Origin: Tubiluchus corallicola | Taxonomy: Eukaryota > Animalia > Priapulida | Assembly (NCBI GenBank): GCA_030141605.1 | Contig: JAQGDQ010000312.1 | Location: forward strand, 145,445-209,444 | DNA length: 64,000 bases | Direction of reading: 5' to 3' | Shown here: in pieces, positions 1 through 13,000 of the stretch | How positions within the stretch are numbered: position 1 is the stretch's first letter | Layout: each line of letters starts with the position of its first letter | Program-made: the position numbers and the translations under genes | The notes under the pieces: generated by a model | What the model was told of the DNA's origin: nothing | The model's database searches: none | The model's input: only the letters and a program-made list of their open reading frames with translations

Positions 1-859
1 CTTTGCCAGAAAATTGCTCTCTGAAAACTAATCTCACTTAATGCAAGAAGAATGTCAACTGACACCCTTTACCACTAGTAAATAAACTAAGTAAGGCTCT
101 GATTAGCTATTAAAACCATTACTAATACAATAGCATGCACTATGAGATGTTGTCAACTGTGCACAAATGCTTTGTCTGATACACTTAACCTTTGACCTTT
201 TTACAATCATCGTCAGTCACTGGAACTGTGAAAAGGCTTATTCTCTCGACGTGCATTCATACCTTTACCTTTTTGTATAACCCTTTACCAATAGCTTAAG
301 AAGTGTTTCATATGCACAGAAATTTTCATATTATGACGCAAACCCGTAATTTTTCTCAATTTCCTGCGATCAGTGAAATGCACGGAAACTGCATTTGAGC
401 TGCAACTCGGTTGGGGAGTGGAAAATGCTTCACAAGGGAGACTAGAAAAATTATCAGCAACTGTTTGACGAAGACTCGCAAGTGTTCGAAAAGTCAACAT
501 TCGTGGCCTAGACGAAAGACTCGTTAAGCAAGCAGCCAGTGTTATTTGCAGACAAGCGACCGCGTGTTTACAGGTCCGACTCAAAGTCTATATCATTACA
601 GTACCTTATAACTAGCAAGTGTAGAATGTTTTTACTAGGCTAATTAATGCAAGTGCTTGGTGCAGAAATGCATCTGCTTTTTCTTTGTAAATTGTAACTT
701 ATATATATTGAACTGGTGGAGGGGGGAGGGTCGGGCCTGCTCAAACGGGGGTCGAGTTGCCTAATAATGGTTTCAACATAACTAGAATAAAACACTGTTG
801 AATTGAACACACTGTTAGATATTGTTGTTTGTTAAATCTAGTAGAAAGAAAATTAAGGT

Positions 860-1185
860 TTTGATATCCTTTTGCATGCTATTACTTACGTCACATATGT
901 TGTTGACATCCTTTTGCATGCTATTACTTACGTCACATATGTTGTTGACATCCTTTTGCACACTATTGTTTACGTCACATATGTTTTTGGCATCCTTTTG
1001 TGCACTATTTTTTATCAGTCACATATTATGTTGTTGACATCCATTTGCACACTATTATTTACATCACATATGTTGATGACATCCGTGTGCACACTTATTT
1101 ATCTGTCACATATTATGTTGTTGACATGCTTTTGCATACTATTATTTATCTGTTACATGTTATGTTGTTTACGTCCATTTACAAA
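860..1185. repeat. Intronic minisatellite, about 42-46-bp unit, about 8 copies
   Basis: Repeats of ttgacatccttttgcatgctattacttacgtcacatatgttg; ends at the ALDH acceptor. Confidence 0.9.
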
Positions 1186-1193
1186 TGTTTTAG

Positions 1194-1268
1194 GGTTAAC
1201 GCATACCATGCTGGCAGCGCTAGTGCACCTTTTGGAGGCTTCAAGGAGTCGGGCATCGGAAGAGAGGG
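1194..1268 (+). CDS. ALDH exon ([25 protein letters not shown])
   Basis: ttttag acceptor and gtgagt donor; [13 protein letters not shown] motif. Confidence 0.93.
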
Positions 1269-4200
1269 GTGAGTTTCGAACGTCTGTAGAAAAGCTTCCC
1301 TTTGGGTTAAAAAAATGAGAACACTACTTAATGCATGCACTTTTGTGTCATAAATTTTGTGATCATTTACAAGCGGGTATTTGCTTAGAATGTGAAGTTT
1401 CCTGAACCTTCGAGTCCGAGATTTGATTTGCCAGAACAAATATGCCTAAAAAGTGGAATAAACGGTGTAGTATCATTATTGTTAACCCACTAAGGACCCA
1501 GAAAAAACTACTTTATAAGCACATGCACCTTCACATGACTACTAGATAGATGGACAGAGACGCACACTCATATCTCGGTTTGCCGGACAAAAGCGCGGAG
1601 ACATCGGTCCGAATTTGGCGATTGTCCGTATTTACCAATACTAAGTTAATACAGTCGGCGCCCGTGTATTAATGTAGAATCAATCGTCTCAAAACGTCTA
1701 GTACGGGCCATTCTTATGCAAAAGTATATAAAACTGTCAGCAATTGACTCAAATAACTCTGCATAATTGACTCTATACCTTTATATACGGAGATATGCAT
1801 GTGGTTACACTGGTGTATTGATGTAAGCAAAGTGATGGTCCGCCAACCAGCGGTCAGCTTGCGAAACAATGGACTTGTCCGTAGTATGCGGGACTTTTTA
1901 ACGGTCCATATTTTGTCCGAATCTTCCGATATCCATAAAAACGAGGTCCGGCAAACCGAGATATGAGCGTTTTAACAATAAAAGTGTATACCTAATGTAC
2001 ATTGTGTAGCTTCATAGAGGATATAATGTATCAGCTGCAGTATATTCAAATTTAATGAAAAGAATTTCACGTTATTTCATTGAACTAAAAATAAATGAAT
2101 GTTTCGCGTGAAATTGCGCGTACATGTTCAGTTGTAAATTTACGCGACATGCTCGATAAAGTCAACGAGATTGAAAAAAATCAGTTAATTTTGTTTGCAA
2201 AAAATTCGTGTCTGTGTCAAGTGTGTATAAAAAGTTTCTGCAGTCACTTGATAAGTCCAATATAATAAATATATTATTACGTAATATACTAGCAAAGGCC
2301 CCGCCCCCGCAAAAAAAATTGCGTATAAATACACTTATAATCAACAATGCGCAAACATTCTACCTAGTGTTCTTTTATTTTCTTAACGCAAAGCCAGTAG
2401 CAGCAGCTTTTACTGAATTAAAGCTATAAGGTTATAGACAGTATAATGGATGACGTCAGAACAATGGCTTTGCATCAGCAGTTTTCCTAGCGAAAATTGC
2501 CAAAAATAGAACATCTAGTTAACTCGTTGGCATTCCTCTTGGTGGACCTGTCCTAACATATAGCCCACACCATCGTGTAGCCCTGTTCTTCTTCTTTCTA
2601 AAGAGCTATATATCTCCTTCCGAGAGTCCCACCAAGCGCCGATTATACATATATATGTTGTAATATACGATACTGTGTGATGCAATGCAATGCAATCCAT
2701 ACCTGACAAGATTTGTCATGGCCCGGATTTCTGGATTGTTTTTGTATGGCTTGTTCACATATTTGCTAAAAATAGATATTTGAGACATGTCGTCCGCCTG
2801 AAAGAATCATTTATGAACACCCGCGTTTACATTGCTCAAGTGTCTAGTATGGTCTACGTAGTGTTTATTGCTGATGGACTTACCAATCACTAGAAGTATG
2901 GTCTACATAGTGTTAATGGACTTACCAATCACTTGATTCGTCACTTGATGAAACATCTGCCCGTGTTCGTTTGTGACGATGTAAGTAAAACATGTCAGCT
3001 GGGTGACAAGTCACTGAACGAATCATCGTTTTCATACAGCTAGTAGACAAAATGATCCTTCGACACATCATTAGTTATCGTAATACGGTAACAACTCCAT
3101 ACCTAGCAATTAATTTGCAGCACCAAGAATGATGTGTTAAATTTAGCTGTAAATTGATTTGCAAATGACTGGCAACAGAAAACTTTGCAATAAAAACTTA
3201 TATAGTCAACCTCAGATATGAGGGACACCTCGGGACTGGAAAAAACCGACCCTTATATCCAATGTCCCTTATAGCCAAAGTTGAGACAGACCGATGGTGT
3301 ATTCAGACCTGTACTTTTCTGTACTTTTACCCGTATTTTTATGGATTATTGCGACACATTCAGTGCGAAGGGTATGTAGGAAGCTCCTTCAGTGATGCGA
3401 GATGTATGTTACCGCGGAAACCGAGCTGTTTGAAGGCCGAGTTTGCGAAAAATTGAGGTTAAAAATCGATCAGTTTCGCTTTGATCATAGGGTCCCTTAA
3501 ATGTAAGGTAGTTTACCTGGGTTTACCTGAAGATATCGTCCCTTATTACCGAAAGTACCTTATATACGAAGATTTTTACATAGGAGAAACTTTACGAAAA
3601 ATTGGGACCGATGTCGGTGGTCCCTTATAAGCGAGTACCTTATACCCGAGGTTGACTGTATATATACAAACTAATGCAGGCAATGCCTGACAAAAACTCT
3701 GCAATTTGGATTTGGGTTCGAATCCAGCGTCACTGGAAAGTCTGGGACGTGGACTAATAATTCTTCTCTTCTTTCAGCTCTGAGGAAGGTGTCCGTGAGT
3801 ACTGCGAAATTAAAACGGTGAGTACGGAATTTTCCATTTCCATCTTTTAAAGGAAACGCTAAGCCTTCTGGGAAGTTAGGCTTATTTTATTTGTGAAAAA
3901 TGTTAGAAGAATTTAGTAATAAAGCAGGGGTGTGCAAACTGCAGCCCGCGGGCCACTTGCGGCACACCGAGAGATGTTGTGCGGCCCATGAAGAGGTTTG
4001 TCAACGTAATGAAAGTGCGGCCCACGCGATCCAGCTGAAGTCTGCGCCAATATCGCAAAGTTAGTGCGGGTAGTTTTTTCCTCTAGATCGGATGGCATTA
4101 ACCCTTACAAGACCGTTGTCACTTAATGTCACTGTCGGACATGACAAAATATATGGTTTTTAATATAAATTTTAATAACTTCTAAAATAGTTTCTTGAGT

Positions 4201-5914
4201 GTAGTAGTGCAGTAGTAATGATGTGCGGAAGTCGGATGCAAAAAAAATCATTATTAGGTCCTACTGTACTTGGCTCCTTGACCAAACTGTATGTGGCCCA
4301 CAGGCCCGGCTAATCAGATAATATGCACACCTCTGTGACAGGTGTTTTGTGTAATTAGTAAAATCACTTTAAACCTGCAAAATCATTTTGCACTTGGTAC
4401 TCTTATCTTACAGAAACCTTGATGCGCTTAAACAAGTCACAAAGTCCACCAGTTATGTCATAATTTTTAAGTGAATGGCGGTTACCACCATGCCTGAAAA
4501 TTTCTATTTCAGCGGTAGTGTAGATTAACTTCATGCTTTATAGACAAATTTCTTAGTGACGTTTTTCTAAGTTTAAAGGAAAACCGGATGATTGTGTAAA
4601 CACAAGTTCAGAATAAAGAATGCTTTAAAATTTTGAAAACTACAATAGCTTTTTTATATATCAAAGCTTTGATTAAATAATAATTACCTCGAATACTCAA
4701 ATTTAAACTTTCAGAGCTACGCGCGGCTCAGTGAATCTACTAAGATTGGCAGCGGCACCTTTTTGTCACGTGCGCGTGGCCGGCAAATACAAGGCGGTAC
4801 CGTGATAAGCATGATCATGAAGTGCAGTGTTAGTTTCTGATGTCATGTGATGTAAAGCCCATTTTTCGTGACATCATGCATTTAAGCAGTACTGTAACAC
4901 CTATGCAATAACACCTATGCAAAATTGCTTGATGCGCAAGACACCTGCCATTGCACAAACTGTGGTTAGAGTCTGACGTAAGCAATAGCTGTGTTCGGTT
5001 GCCGTGAATTAACTTTCTAAGCTAATTATTCAAGTATAAGGAACAATTGTTAACTTTTATAGGCAAGAAAATGTATATTTTGGATAGTAAATTAAAAGCA
5101 GATTGAGTCTAAACAATCGTCCAGTCTTCCTTTAACTGACCAGTAAATAGACCCAGCATCCGGAGTGACTTGTCTTTTCCTTTAATTACTGAAAGAAGCC
5201 ACTTATAACAAGCTTGTTGTTCTTATTATTTGAGAGTACACTCATATCTCAGTTTGTCGGACCTCGCTTTTACGGATATAGGAAGAATAGGGCAAAATCT
5301 GGACTGTTAGAAAGTCCCGCATACTATGGACACAGTCCGTTGTTTTGCGACCTGACCGCTAGTTGGCGGGCCGTCACTTTGTTTACATCAGTGTAACCAA
5401 GCAGCGTGTAGCGACTATATTTAACGTGATTGTTTCTATGTATATTATGGTGCGCAAAACCGAAATAAGACGACATAAAAATAGTGAAAGCTCATTGGTT
5501 ACACAAAAAATATTGGGTCAACTATGCAAAGTTATTTGAGTCAATTGCCGACAGTTTTTATATACTTTTGCATAGGAGCGGCTCGTACTAGATGTTTTTG
5601 AGACAGTTAGGCAGTAGATTCTACATTACCTACTGTATTAACTTAGTATTGGTAAATAGGGACAATCGGCAAATTCGGATTGACGTCTCCCCGCTTTTGT
5701 CCAGCAAGCCGAGATATGAGTTTATTCTGTAGCTTATAACATCCATGTATGTGACTACTGCTATATATGTAATATAACATATTATTTTATTTGTGCAAAC
5801 AATATGATACCAATTAGGGAAAATTATTTTCTGTTATTTGAAAATACACAGTATAAAACCTGTTTTTATTTTTATTACTAGGTTGTGATCAAAATTCCAC
5901 AGAAAAACTCATAA
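1194..5914 (+). CDS. Aldehyde dehydrogenase, ALDH1A/ALDH2 type: 3' part of gene (last three coding exons; upstream exons lie outside the window)
   Basis: Exons 1194-1268, 3778-3817 and 5882-5914 splice in phase to (W)[48 protein letters not shown]. This matches the PFGGxKxSGxGRE motif and the KxPQKNS C-terminus of ALDH1A/ALDH2. ALDH1 versus ALDH2 cannot be resolved from this fragment. Confidence 0.93.
1565..1969. mobile_element. MITE family A (TIR CACTCATATCTCGG...), copy 1
   Basis: TIR cactcatatctcggtttgccggac / gtccggcaaaccgagatatgag; homologous copies at about 5239-5721 (inverted) and about 44013-44467. Confidence 0.85.
3203..3658. mobile_element. Tc1/pogo-type MITE family B (CAGTCAACCTC...GAGGTTGACTG, TA flanks)
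   Basis: TIRs with TA dinucleotides; related copies at about 9184-9430 and 10146-10442. Confidence 0.82.
3778..3817 (+). CDS. ALDH 40-nt exon ([13 protein letters not shown])
   Basis: Polypyrimidine tract plus cag, gtgagt donor; aligns to ALDH GEYGLxxYTEVKT. Confidence 0.88.
3847..5135. mobile_element. Kolobok-like non-autonomous element (ttaaAGGAA...TTCCTttaa) with a nested hAT-like MITE at 3925-4335
   Basis: TTAA-flanked purine ends; right end about 4985-5135 shared with 22130-22280; nested cagggg...cctctg element. Confidence 0.6.
5239..5721. mobile_element. MITE family A, copy 2 (opposite orientation)
   Basis: Same TIRs and internal sequence as 1565-1969. Confidence 0.85.
5882..5914 (+). 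CDS. ALDH terminal coding exon ([10 protein letters not shown])
   Basis: T-rich tract plus tag acceptor; canonical ALDH1A/2 C-terminus, TAA stop. Likely 3' UTR to about 7.6 kb (AATAAA near 7555 and 7610). Confidence 0.92.
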   Translation, partial: [10 protein letters not shown]

Positions 5915-7692
5915 GCGGACGTCAATTTGGCTTCCCGATGCCAGCAGTGGGTCGATTTTGACCAGTGAATCGTGAACCAATAATATTCTTGCCTAAAACA
6001 CATCTTCTCTAATGTACTAAGTTTGATTAACCTTTGTTAATTGTTGTTTATCCTGTTAAAATAATGTGGGAGTCTTCCCGGTGATCCGGTGTCCATGGTG
6101 TTAATTGGGATTATTTTTTGCCGTTGCAATTAATTATGCTAGCAGGTGATAAAGTTGATTTGCCAAATCTAATATACGGGTGAATAGATCTTTCTGTGTG
6201 TGTGTCTTCTAATTATTTTCTAACTGCAATTGAAAAAATTGGTATATTTTTCTGTTTCATAGTGTGAATTATGTAGCCGCGGAGGTACGATTTGTAGTGT
6301 TTGCCAAACTATCCTCCAGGAATAAGTGCTAGTCTACACAGTCTTTAAATTCCATAGTTTTACACCATTCATTTGATTAGCGCACGTTTTACTGTCTAGT
6401 ATGGTTATTTTTTTTATATCGTGCAGCAAACAGGTTGACGTATTCACAGTTTTAGCTCATTCTGACAGAGTATAAGTGTTAGTTTACACAGACTTTAAAT
6501 TCCAATGACGCAAACAACATAAAATAATGCGTTAAATGGAGCGAAGCAAACGGATGCAAGAAAACGATAATGATGATGACAACGATGGTGGTACTAATGC
6601 TGGTGACAATCGTGGTGGGGGTAACAATGATAATGAATTGTAGTTAATGGTGATGATGCGCCTGGATCGAAGATTTAAACCAAATTAGCCATTTTTGCAG
6701 TGTTACGAAAATTGTATTAAAATATTGAACTAAAGTATAATATAGTACAGTACAGTACAGTTTTATTCGGTATTTAGAACTGCCATTGTTCGATGTCTAA
6801 ATCTGGCACTTAAATACAAGAATGTAAGCTTGTCGTTGGTCCTAAACAAGTGGATTTTAAGCGGATAGAAATGTACAGTAGTTGAATTCGGGTAATTAGT
6901 GACAACGATGTTAGTGACTAAACCGTGTGAGAGTTTTTCGTTGACTAACAATTGTATAAGAAGTCGTTATTCAAATGCAAGTATCTCGTTTCTAAGTTTG
7001 TTTCTTGTTTCTCTGTACACTGAGCGTGCTCAAACTTGTTATAAGAAGAGAATTTGTTATCGTAATTTGTGGATTTGTTAGTGAACAAAATTTAACAAAT
7101 CTCTGATATATAGCCATAATACTATTAACTTGTACTATTAGAACGTATTGATTGTGCCACCTTTAATTAGGACATTGAATTAAGCACATTTATCATTTGA
7201 GAATTGTTATTTCAGAAGAAATGGAATAGTAAAACGGCCACTGATAGAGCATCATTTGTTAAATACTCAAAAAATCTAAACCTACATCCTTTACTGCCAT
7301 CTAGTGCTAAAACTTTGAGTTAACTTTCTCAAGAGCATCATTTGTTAAATACTCAAAAAATCTAAACCTACATACTTTACTGCCATCTAGTGCAAAAACT
7401 TTAAGTTAACTTTCTCAAATATTCAGTAAACGTTGCTGTTTATCAGTGGCTGTAGTAATCGGGATAATTCTCCTTAAATTAAATACCTTTTGCAGTATTT
7501 TGTTTTACTACCTTACAGAAGTTAGTTTGGAGAGAATCGTTATTTTTGTTGTGAATAAAAACATTTAATTTTTAATTTTTACGTTCTTACATAAACAGTT
7601 ATGATTTACAATAAAAACATCTGTCTTTTGAGATGCTTTTCTGGTACTTTTCTTCATTTTTATTTTGCTTGTAAAGAAATAGTTTAAAGGTA

Positions 7693-7876
7693 CAGTCAGA
7701 CCTCTTCATACTGCCGAGTTTGGGACTACAAAAAAGTGGGCATTAAGCGAGTTTGGCATTATAGCGAGCTGCATTAATACACGTCTATGCGAATATAGAC
7801 ATTTTGTTTTTGTCAAAAATGTGATCGTTAAGCGAGGTTGACATTATAAAGGGAATGTTATAAGAAGGTTTGACTG
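7693..7876. mobile_element. Short Tc1/pogo-type MITE
   Basis: ta-cagtcagacct ... aggtttgactg-ta. Confidence 0.65.
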
Positions 7877-9605
7877 TACTATCATATATACTGTCACCTC
7901 GAAGAGACTTTGTGCATTTCTAATGAAGTGCACGCAATGCGCCCTCCCCCCACTAATCTGCTATACAGTAGCATCATCTCTGTATCTGTATATCAGATAG
8001 GGAGTGTGCAAGACAGGAAGTCATTTTTGCTTTATTTCCTGTTGCTGTTTTTGTTCTGATGCTCAATCTGAAACGTCAGCTCAATGCAGCGAACATGACA
8101 AAGCCCAATTTTCTGGCTTGGAATCCCACTTCTGACACCACTATGCTGACCAGAGGCATTTTGACTTCTTTTCTCTCCGTCAAGACTTATTCATCGGCAT
8201 CAGAAGATCGAGAAAACAGGAAAATGTCAGGGATGAGACCAGTCTTTCCCAGGGAAGTGAGAGTATACAGATGGCCTTTGTTCCCAGAGCAGTTGGTTGC
8301 ATATTTTTGGCCAACATAGAAAAATTAAAAATCGCATTACGTAACAGGCCACGTTTTCTGAATTCCTTTATTCTTTGATCACAGATATATACTCACAGAT
8401 ACATAAATACACATAACACATCGCTTTGCCTTTTAACCTAATTACATCTAGAACAATTTGCACATATCTATGATTAATTGATGCGGATGAAGTATTAATA
8501 AAGATAAAACTAAACACAGATGACACTATTAACGAAGAAACAACTAGGCCATAGTTTAATGTAAGTTACACGTGACGGTCTCGTCTAAATGTACGTAAAA
8601 AATGGGGGTTTTTTAAGTGGAATGTTTTATCAGCAAGCAAAAATTTATAGTAGCATGAAAGACGACAAAAGAGGATGTCTGGATTACATATAGGCTGCGG
8701 CGCAGAGCTCCTCAAATTGGGGGAGGGGGAGGCGATACTTTGCATTGCTGAATAATTCATATAACCCAAAAAATAAAATTTCAACTTTAAAAAAGAGGTC
8801 AGGAAGTCGAAAAATCCAATTTTATTAAAGTGGCTTCAGGATCGCTGTTTGAGACCCTTTATTTGAGATAACGGCACCTCTTTGAAGCCTTTTATTTCAA
8901 GTACGGGGTGCCTCCATATTGTGCAATGCAAATGTTACTGAAATATATCACAAGTAAAAATATTTGAAATGACTGCAAGCAAACTAGACAGTGGCTCCAT
9001 CTGGCAGGCCCCATAACTTTGTTAGCCTAGGGGCCGCAAAAGGTCATAATCTGGCCCTACAACAGAAGGGCAATATTTTCGTAGTACATCAGTATATATG
9101 TTGATGTTTGGGATAAGCAACAGCATAGTAGGATACATATGTAATTCTTTAAGTGCGCAACACTGATTAAATAAAATGATTTACAATCAACCTCAGATGT
9201 AAGGGATACCTCCGCACCGGATTTTGATGCACATTTCTTTCATCCATCATGACCATCCACCGGCATTACCCTTGACATTACTCAGGACCTGAAGATATCG
9301 TCCCTTATAACTTATAGTTCCTTATGCCCAAGAACCTTATATACGAAGATTTTAGGAAAAAGGTTACGAAAAAACGGGACCGGTGTTGGTCGAATCGAAA
9401 AATTGAGTACCTTATACCCGAGGTTGATTGTGTCAACCATTTTTTGTTTATATTGTCTTTTCATGTTGAAAATGAAGCTACTAGTAACATAAATTTTTCT
9501 GTAAAAAATCATATCTAAAATCAGAACTACGTTCACATGATATTTAACTTGATTTGCTACTTCCAACCTAAGCAATCGCGTACAATTGTACAACATAAAT
9601 TTATT

Positions 9606-10043
9606 CTATGACTTCTCGGACGGGGGTACCCAACCTCCCAATGCTCTTTCGATCTCCTGCGCCACTGCGATACACAGATGATCATTGTAATGCGAGCCAA
9701 CGACTTGAATACCTATTGGAAGTCCTTCGCTGTTCAGTCCCAGTGGACACTGGGTCACGGGTAGCCCTAAAACGTTGAATATCGCTGTATACGCGAAGTT
9801 TAGCATGACAAACAGCGGCTGATTGTGGTACAGCGCAGCCGTCGGGTGAGACGGGTAGAGTAAAATGCCGTCGTCGCCTAGCAACTCGCACAACTCTTTC
9901 TTCAGGCTCTCGCACATCGCTATGGGCTTCTCGTCCGCCCGACCTGCCTTTTCTGCGAGGCCCAGACCAATCGCAGGAAGTGTGTGGTTTGAACCGATGG
10001 TTAACCACTTCAACAATTCTCTCCCACAGTCGACTGGAGTTAC
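9606..10043 (-). CDS. FAAH2: FAAH2 terminal coding exon
   Basis: ELLKW...HTLPAIGL...LGDDGILLYPSHP...YTAIFNVLGLPVTQCPLGL...GGWVPP, TAG stop. Confidence 0.95.
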   Translation of the reverse strand, partial: VTPVDCGRELLKWLTIGSNHTLPAIGLGLAEKAGRADEKPIAMCESLKKELCELLGDDGILLYPSHPTAALYHNQPLFVMLNFAYTAIFNVLGLPVTQCPLGLNSEGLPIGIQVVGSHYNDHLCIAVAQEIERALGGWVPPSEKS

Positions 10044-13000
10044 CTGCACAGATGTAATTAATGTTTCATTATGTTTTAATGTTTTAATTAATGTAATCAT
10101 TTGTTAATTTATTGCAAAACTTACAAGGTAAACATACTAGACGTACAGTCAACCTCTATATAAGGGAAACCTCCGGAACGGAAAAAATCGTCCCTCATAT
10201 CCGATGTCCCATATAGCAAAAGTTTGTGAAAAATTGATGTTAAAAATCGATTAATTTCACTTTGATCATAGGGTTCCTTATGTGCGAGGTAATTTACCTG
10301 GATTTACCTGAAGATATCGTCCCTTTTAACCAATATGAAGATTGTTATAGGAAAAACCTTACGAAAAATCGGGACTGGTGTTGGTGGTACCTTATAAGCG
10401 AATGTCCCTTATAAGCGAGTACCTTATACCCGAGGTTGACTGTACATGTATTTCCCATAGAGAAAAGTAGCAACACTATATGCACGACGACTTTTGTTTA
10501 TAGCATAATGTGTCAGGATAAAGCATTCATTTAAAGGGGTAGCTGCTTATAATCCACCATTTTTCTTGATAACAGATGTCACCATATCACATAAGAGAGT
10601 ATGTTACATACTATAACAGAATGTGTAACATACTATAACGGCACTATTACATGTTGGTGTCGCCACCGTTCAAAATTTGTATCTGAGTAACATAATAGCG
10701 CATTAAATTTATTAAAGGTTATTAAAGCACAAACGTCGATCAGTGAGTCTTTGAGTTGTGTGGCCAGCAATGGCAAGTATGTGGGCCATAGAACTAAGTG
10801 GCCAAATTAAGCAACACAAAAGAAATACTTTACACACTCAGCTTTTTCAATGTTTATTTGTTCTACTGTCTGAACTGCAAGGTGCAGCACCTGTTTTTTG
10901 CGCAATGCGTTTTCGAAAAGCTGCCGTTATTGCCAGTCCAACTAGCGAATGGTAAAATGCATGTAACAGTGTACCGTTTCATAGAAACGATGACCATTGG
11001 TCAGCACAAACGCCACACTTACCTGATCTGGGCTCATCTCTTGTGCAAACGTGGGACTGTCACTAGCCGTCATCATGGCCGCCCAGATTTGAAGACTGTA
11101 TTTCATCAACTTCAATTGTATTTTTTCTACCGAACAGCCGACGACCTCTTTAAGATGTTTAGCAACCTAGATTGTACAAACATTACAATTAGACGAGTAA
11201 GAGAGAAAAGTGACAAACGTTACAAACGAACGAATGAACAAATGGACGAGCAGAGGTCAAGCAAAGCTGAGTAGTTTAAACAAAGATACCACGGCACAAA
11301 TAAAATTCTCGAATTGTGTTTCTTTTAAAGGAAAAGACACTTTTTTATATAAAGATAAAAACATTTTGTCTTGAAATTTTGTGTTGCTCACATACCTTAA
11401 TGTATTTGTTTAAATGATAAAATTTGATTTGTTGTGTGCTCTAACTCCATAGCTTACAAGATGAACTTTTTTGTAATATTGTAAATTTTATAGCGAATTA
11501 ACGTCAAATAATAAACTAAGATTGTTAATTTTATAGTGAAATAATGTCAAATAATAAACTAAGATTGTTAGTTTTATAGTGAAATAATGTCAAATAATAA
11601 ACTAAGATTGTTAATTTTATAGTGAAATAATGTCAAATAATAAACTAAGATTGTTAGTTTTATAGTGAAATAATGTCAAATAATAAACTAAGATTGTTAA
11701 TTTTATAGTGAAATAATGTCAAATAATAAACTAAGATTGTTAATTTTATAGTGAATTAATGTCAAACAGTAAACCAAGATTGTTAATTTTATAGTGAAAT
11801 AATGTCAAATAATAAACTAAGATTGTTAGTTTTATAGTGAAATAATGTCAAATAATAAACTAAGATTGTTAATTTTATAGTGAAATAATGTCAAATAATA
11901 AACTAAGATTGTTAATTTTATAGTGAATTAATGTCAAACAGTAAACCAAGATTGTTAATTTTATAGTGAAATAATGTCAAATCATAAACTAAGATTGTTA
12001 ATTTTATAGTGAAATAATGTCAAATAATAAACTAAGTGAAAATTTACCATTGTTTGAACGACAAGAAAAACAGTGGTGTCCATTCGACTGAAAAGGTTTC
12101 GTCAGAACTTAACTACAGTAAAGTACGTCTCGCGTTATGCGATAATTCGAGTGACAGATTTCGTGGTGCACTATAGTTGTTAAAGACAAAAACAAAAAGG
12201 AAAATCTGTTCCACAGGATCTGTTTGATACATGCAAGAATTAGAATTATACCAGTTCGAGTTACAGTGTTCCCTCGCTACTTCGCAGTTCGTTTGTCGCG
12301 GACTCGCTGTTTCGCGGGTTTTCAAAGAATATTATAAATCATAAAAAACTACCATTTACAGTAAATAGTGTATTTATTCGGCGGATGAATACACACCAAA
12401 AACGAAATGTAGTACTTGTGCCCGCTTGATATGCTACTTGCCGACCTGAGATTGTACACAACACACGATTGGTTGATTGATGGAAGCGACCAACAAGAGA
12501 ATGCTGCTCTAACACACAATTGGTTAATTTGATTGAAAGCGACCAACCAGAGAATGCTGCTCTGTATCCCAGTCGCTGATTGGCTCAGGTACCGTGCAAT
12601 TTGTTTTTTTGTACGCTATTTGTGAAATTTTCGTTAGAAACTGAATTTATTCAAGCTCTACGATGCCACCCAAACGTGTAAGTGTTAAATAAGTGTAGCG
12701 TCCCTACTTTGCGGAAATTCACTTATCGCGGGTGGGCCTGGAACACAACACCCATGATAAGTGAGGGAACACTGTATAGAAACTCCCAAGCAAGAAATCC
12801 TATGAGAAAGTGTGCACCACATTACGATTTTAACTGCTAGTTTCAGCAAAAATGCTAAGATTTCTTGTATTACCTTAGCAGAATGCTGCACACATCATGT
12901 CTTAACTACAGTGGTTTAACATAAATCACACTATTATTCCCAAATTCTATTAATCATGCTATACAGACTACAACAGAAGCGGACCAGTCATTTTATTTTT

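Noticed and set aside
822-1318. Hydrophobic repeat ORFs overlapping the ALDH exon
   Set aside because: Products of the 42-bp intronic minisatellite; only 1194-1268 is exon.
10798-11274. 158-aa plus-strand ORF
   Set aside because: Antisense to FAAH2 exon 8 plus intron; no recognisable family.
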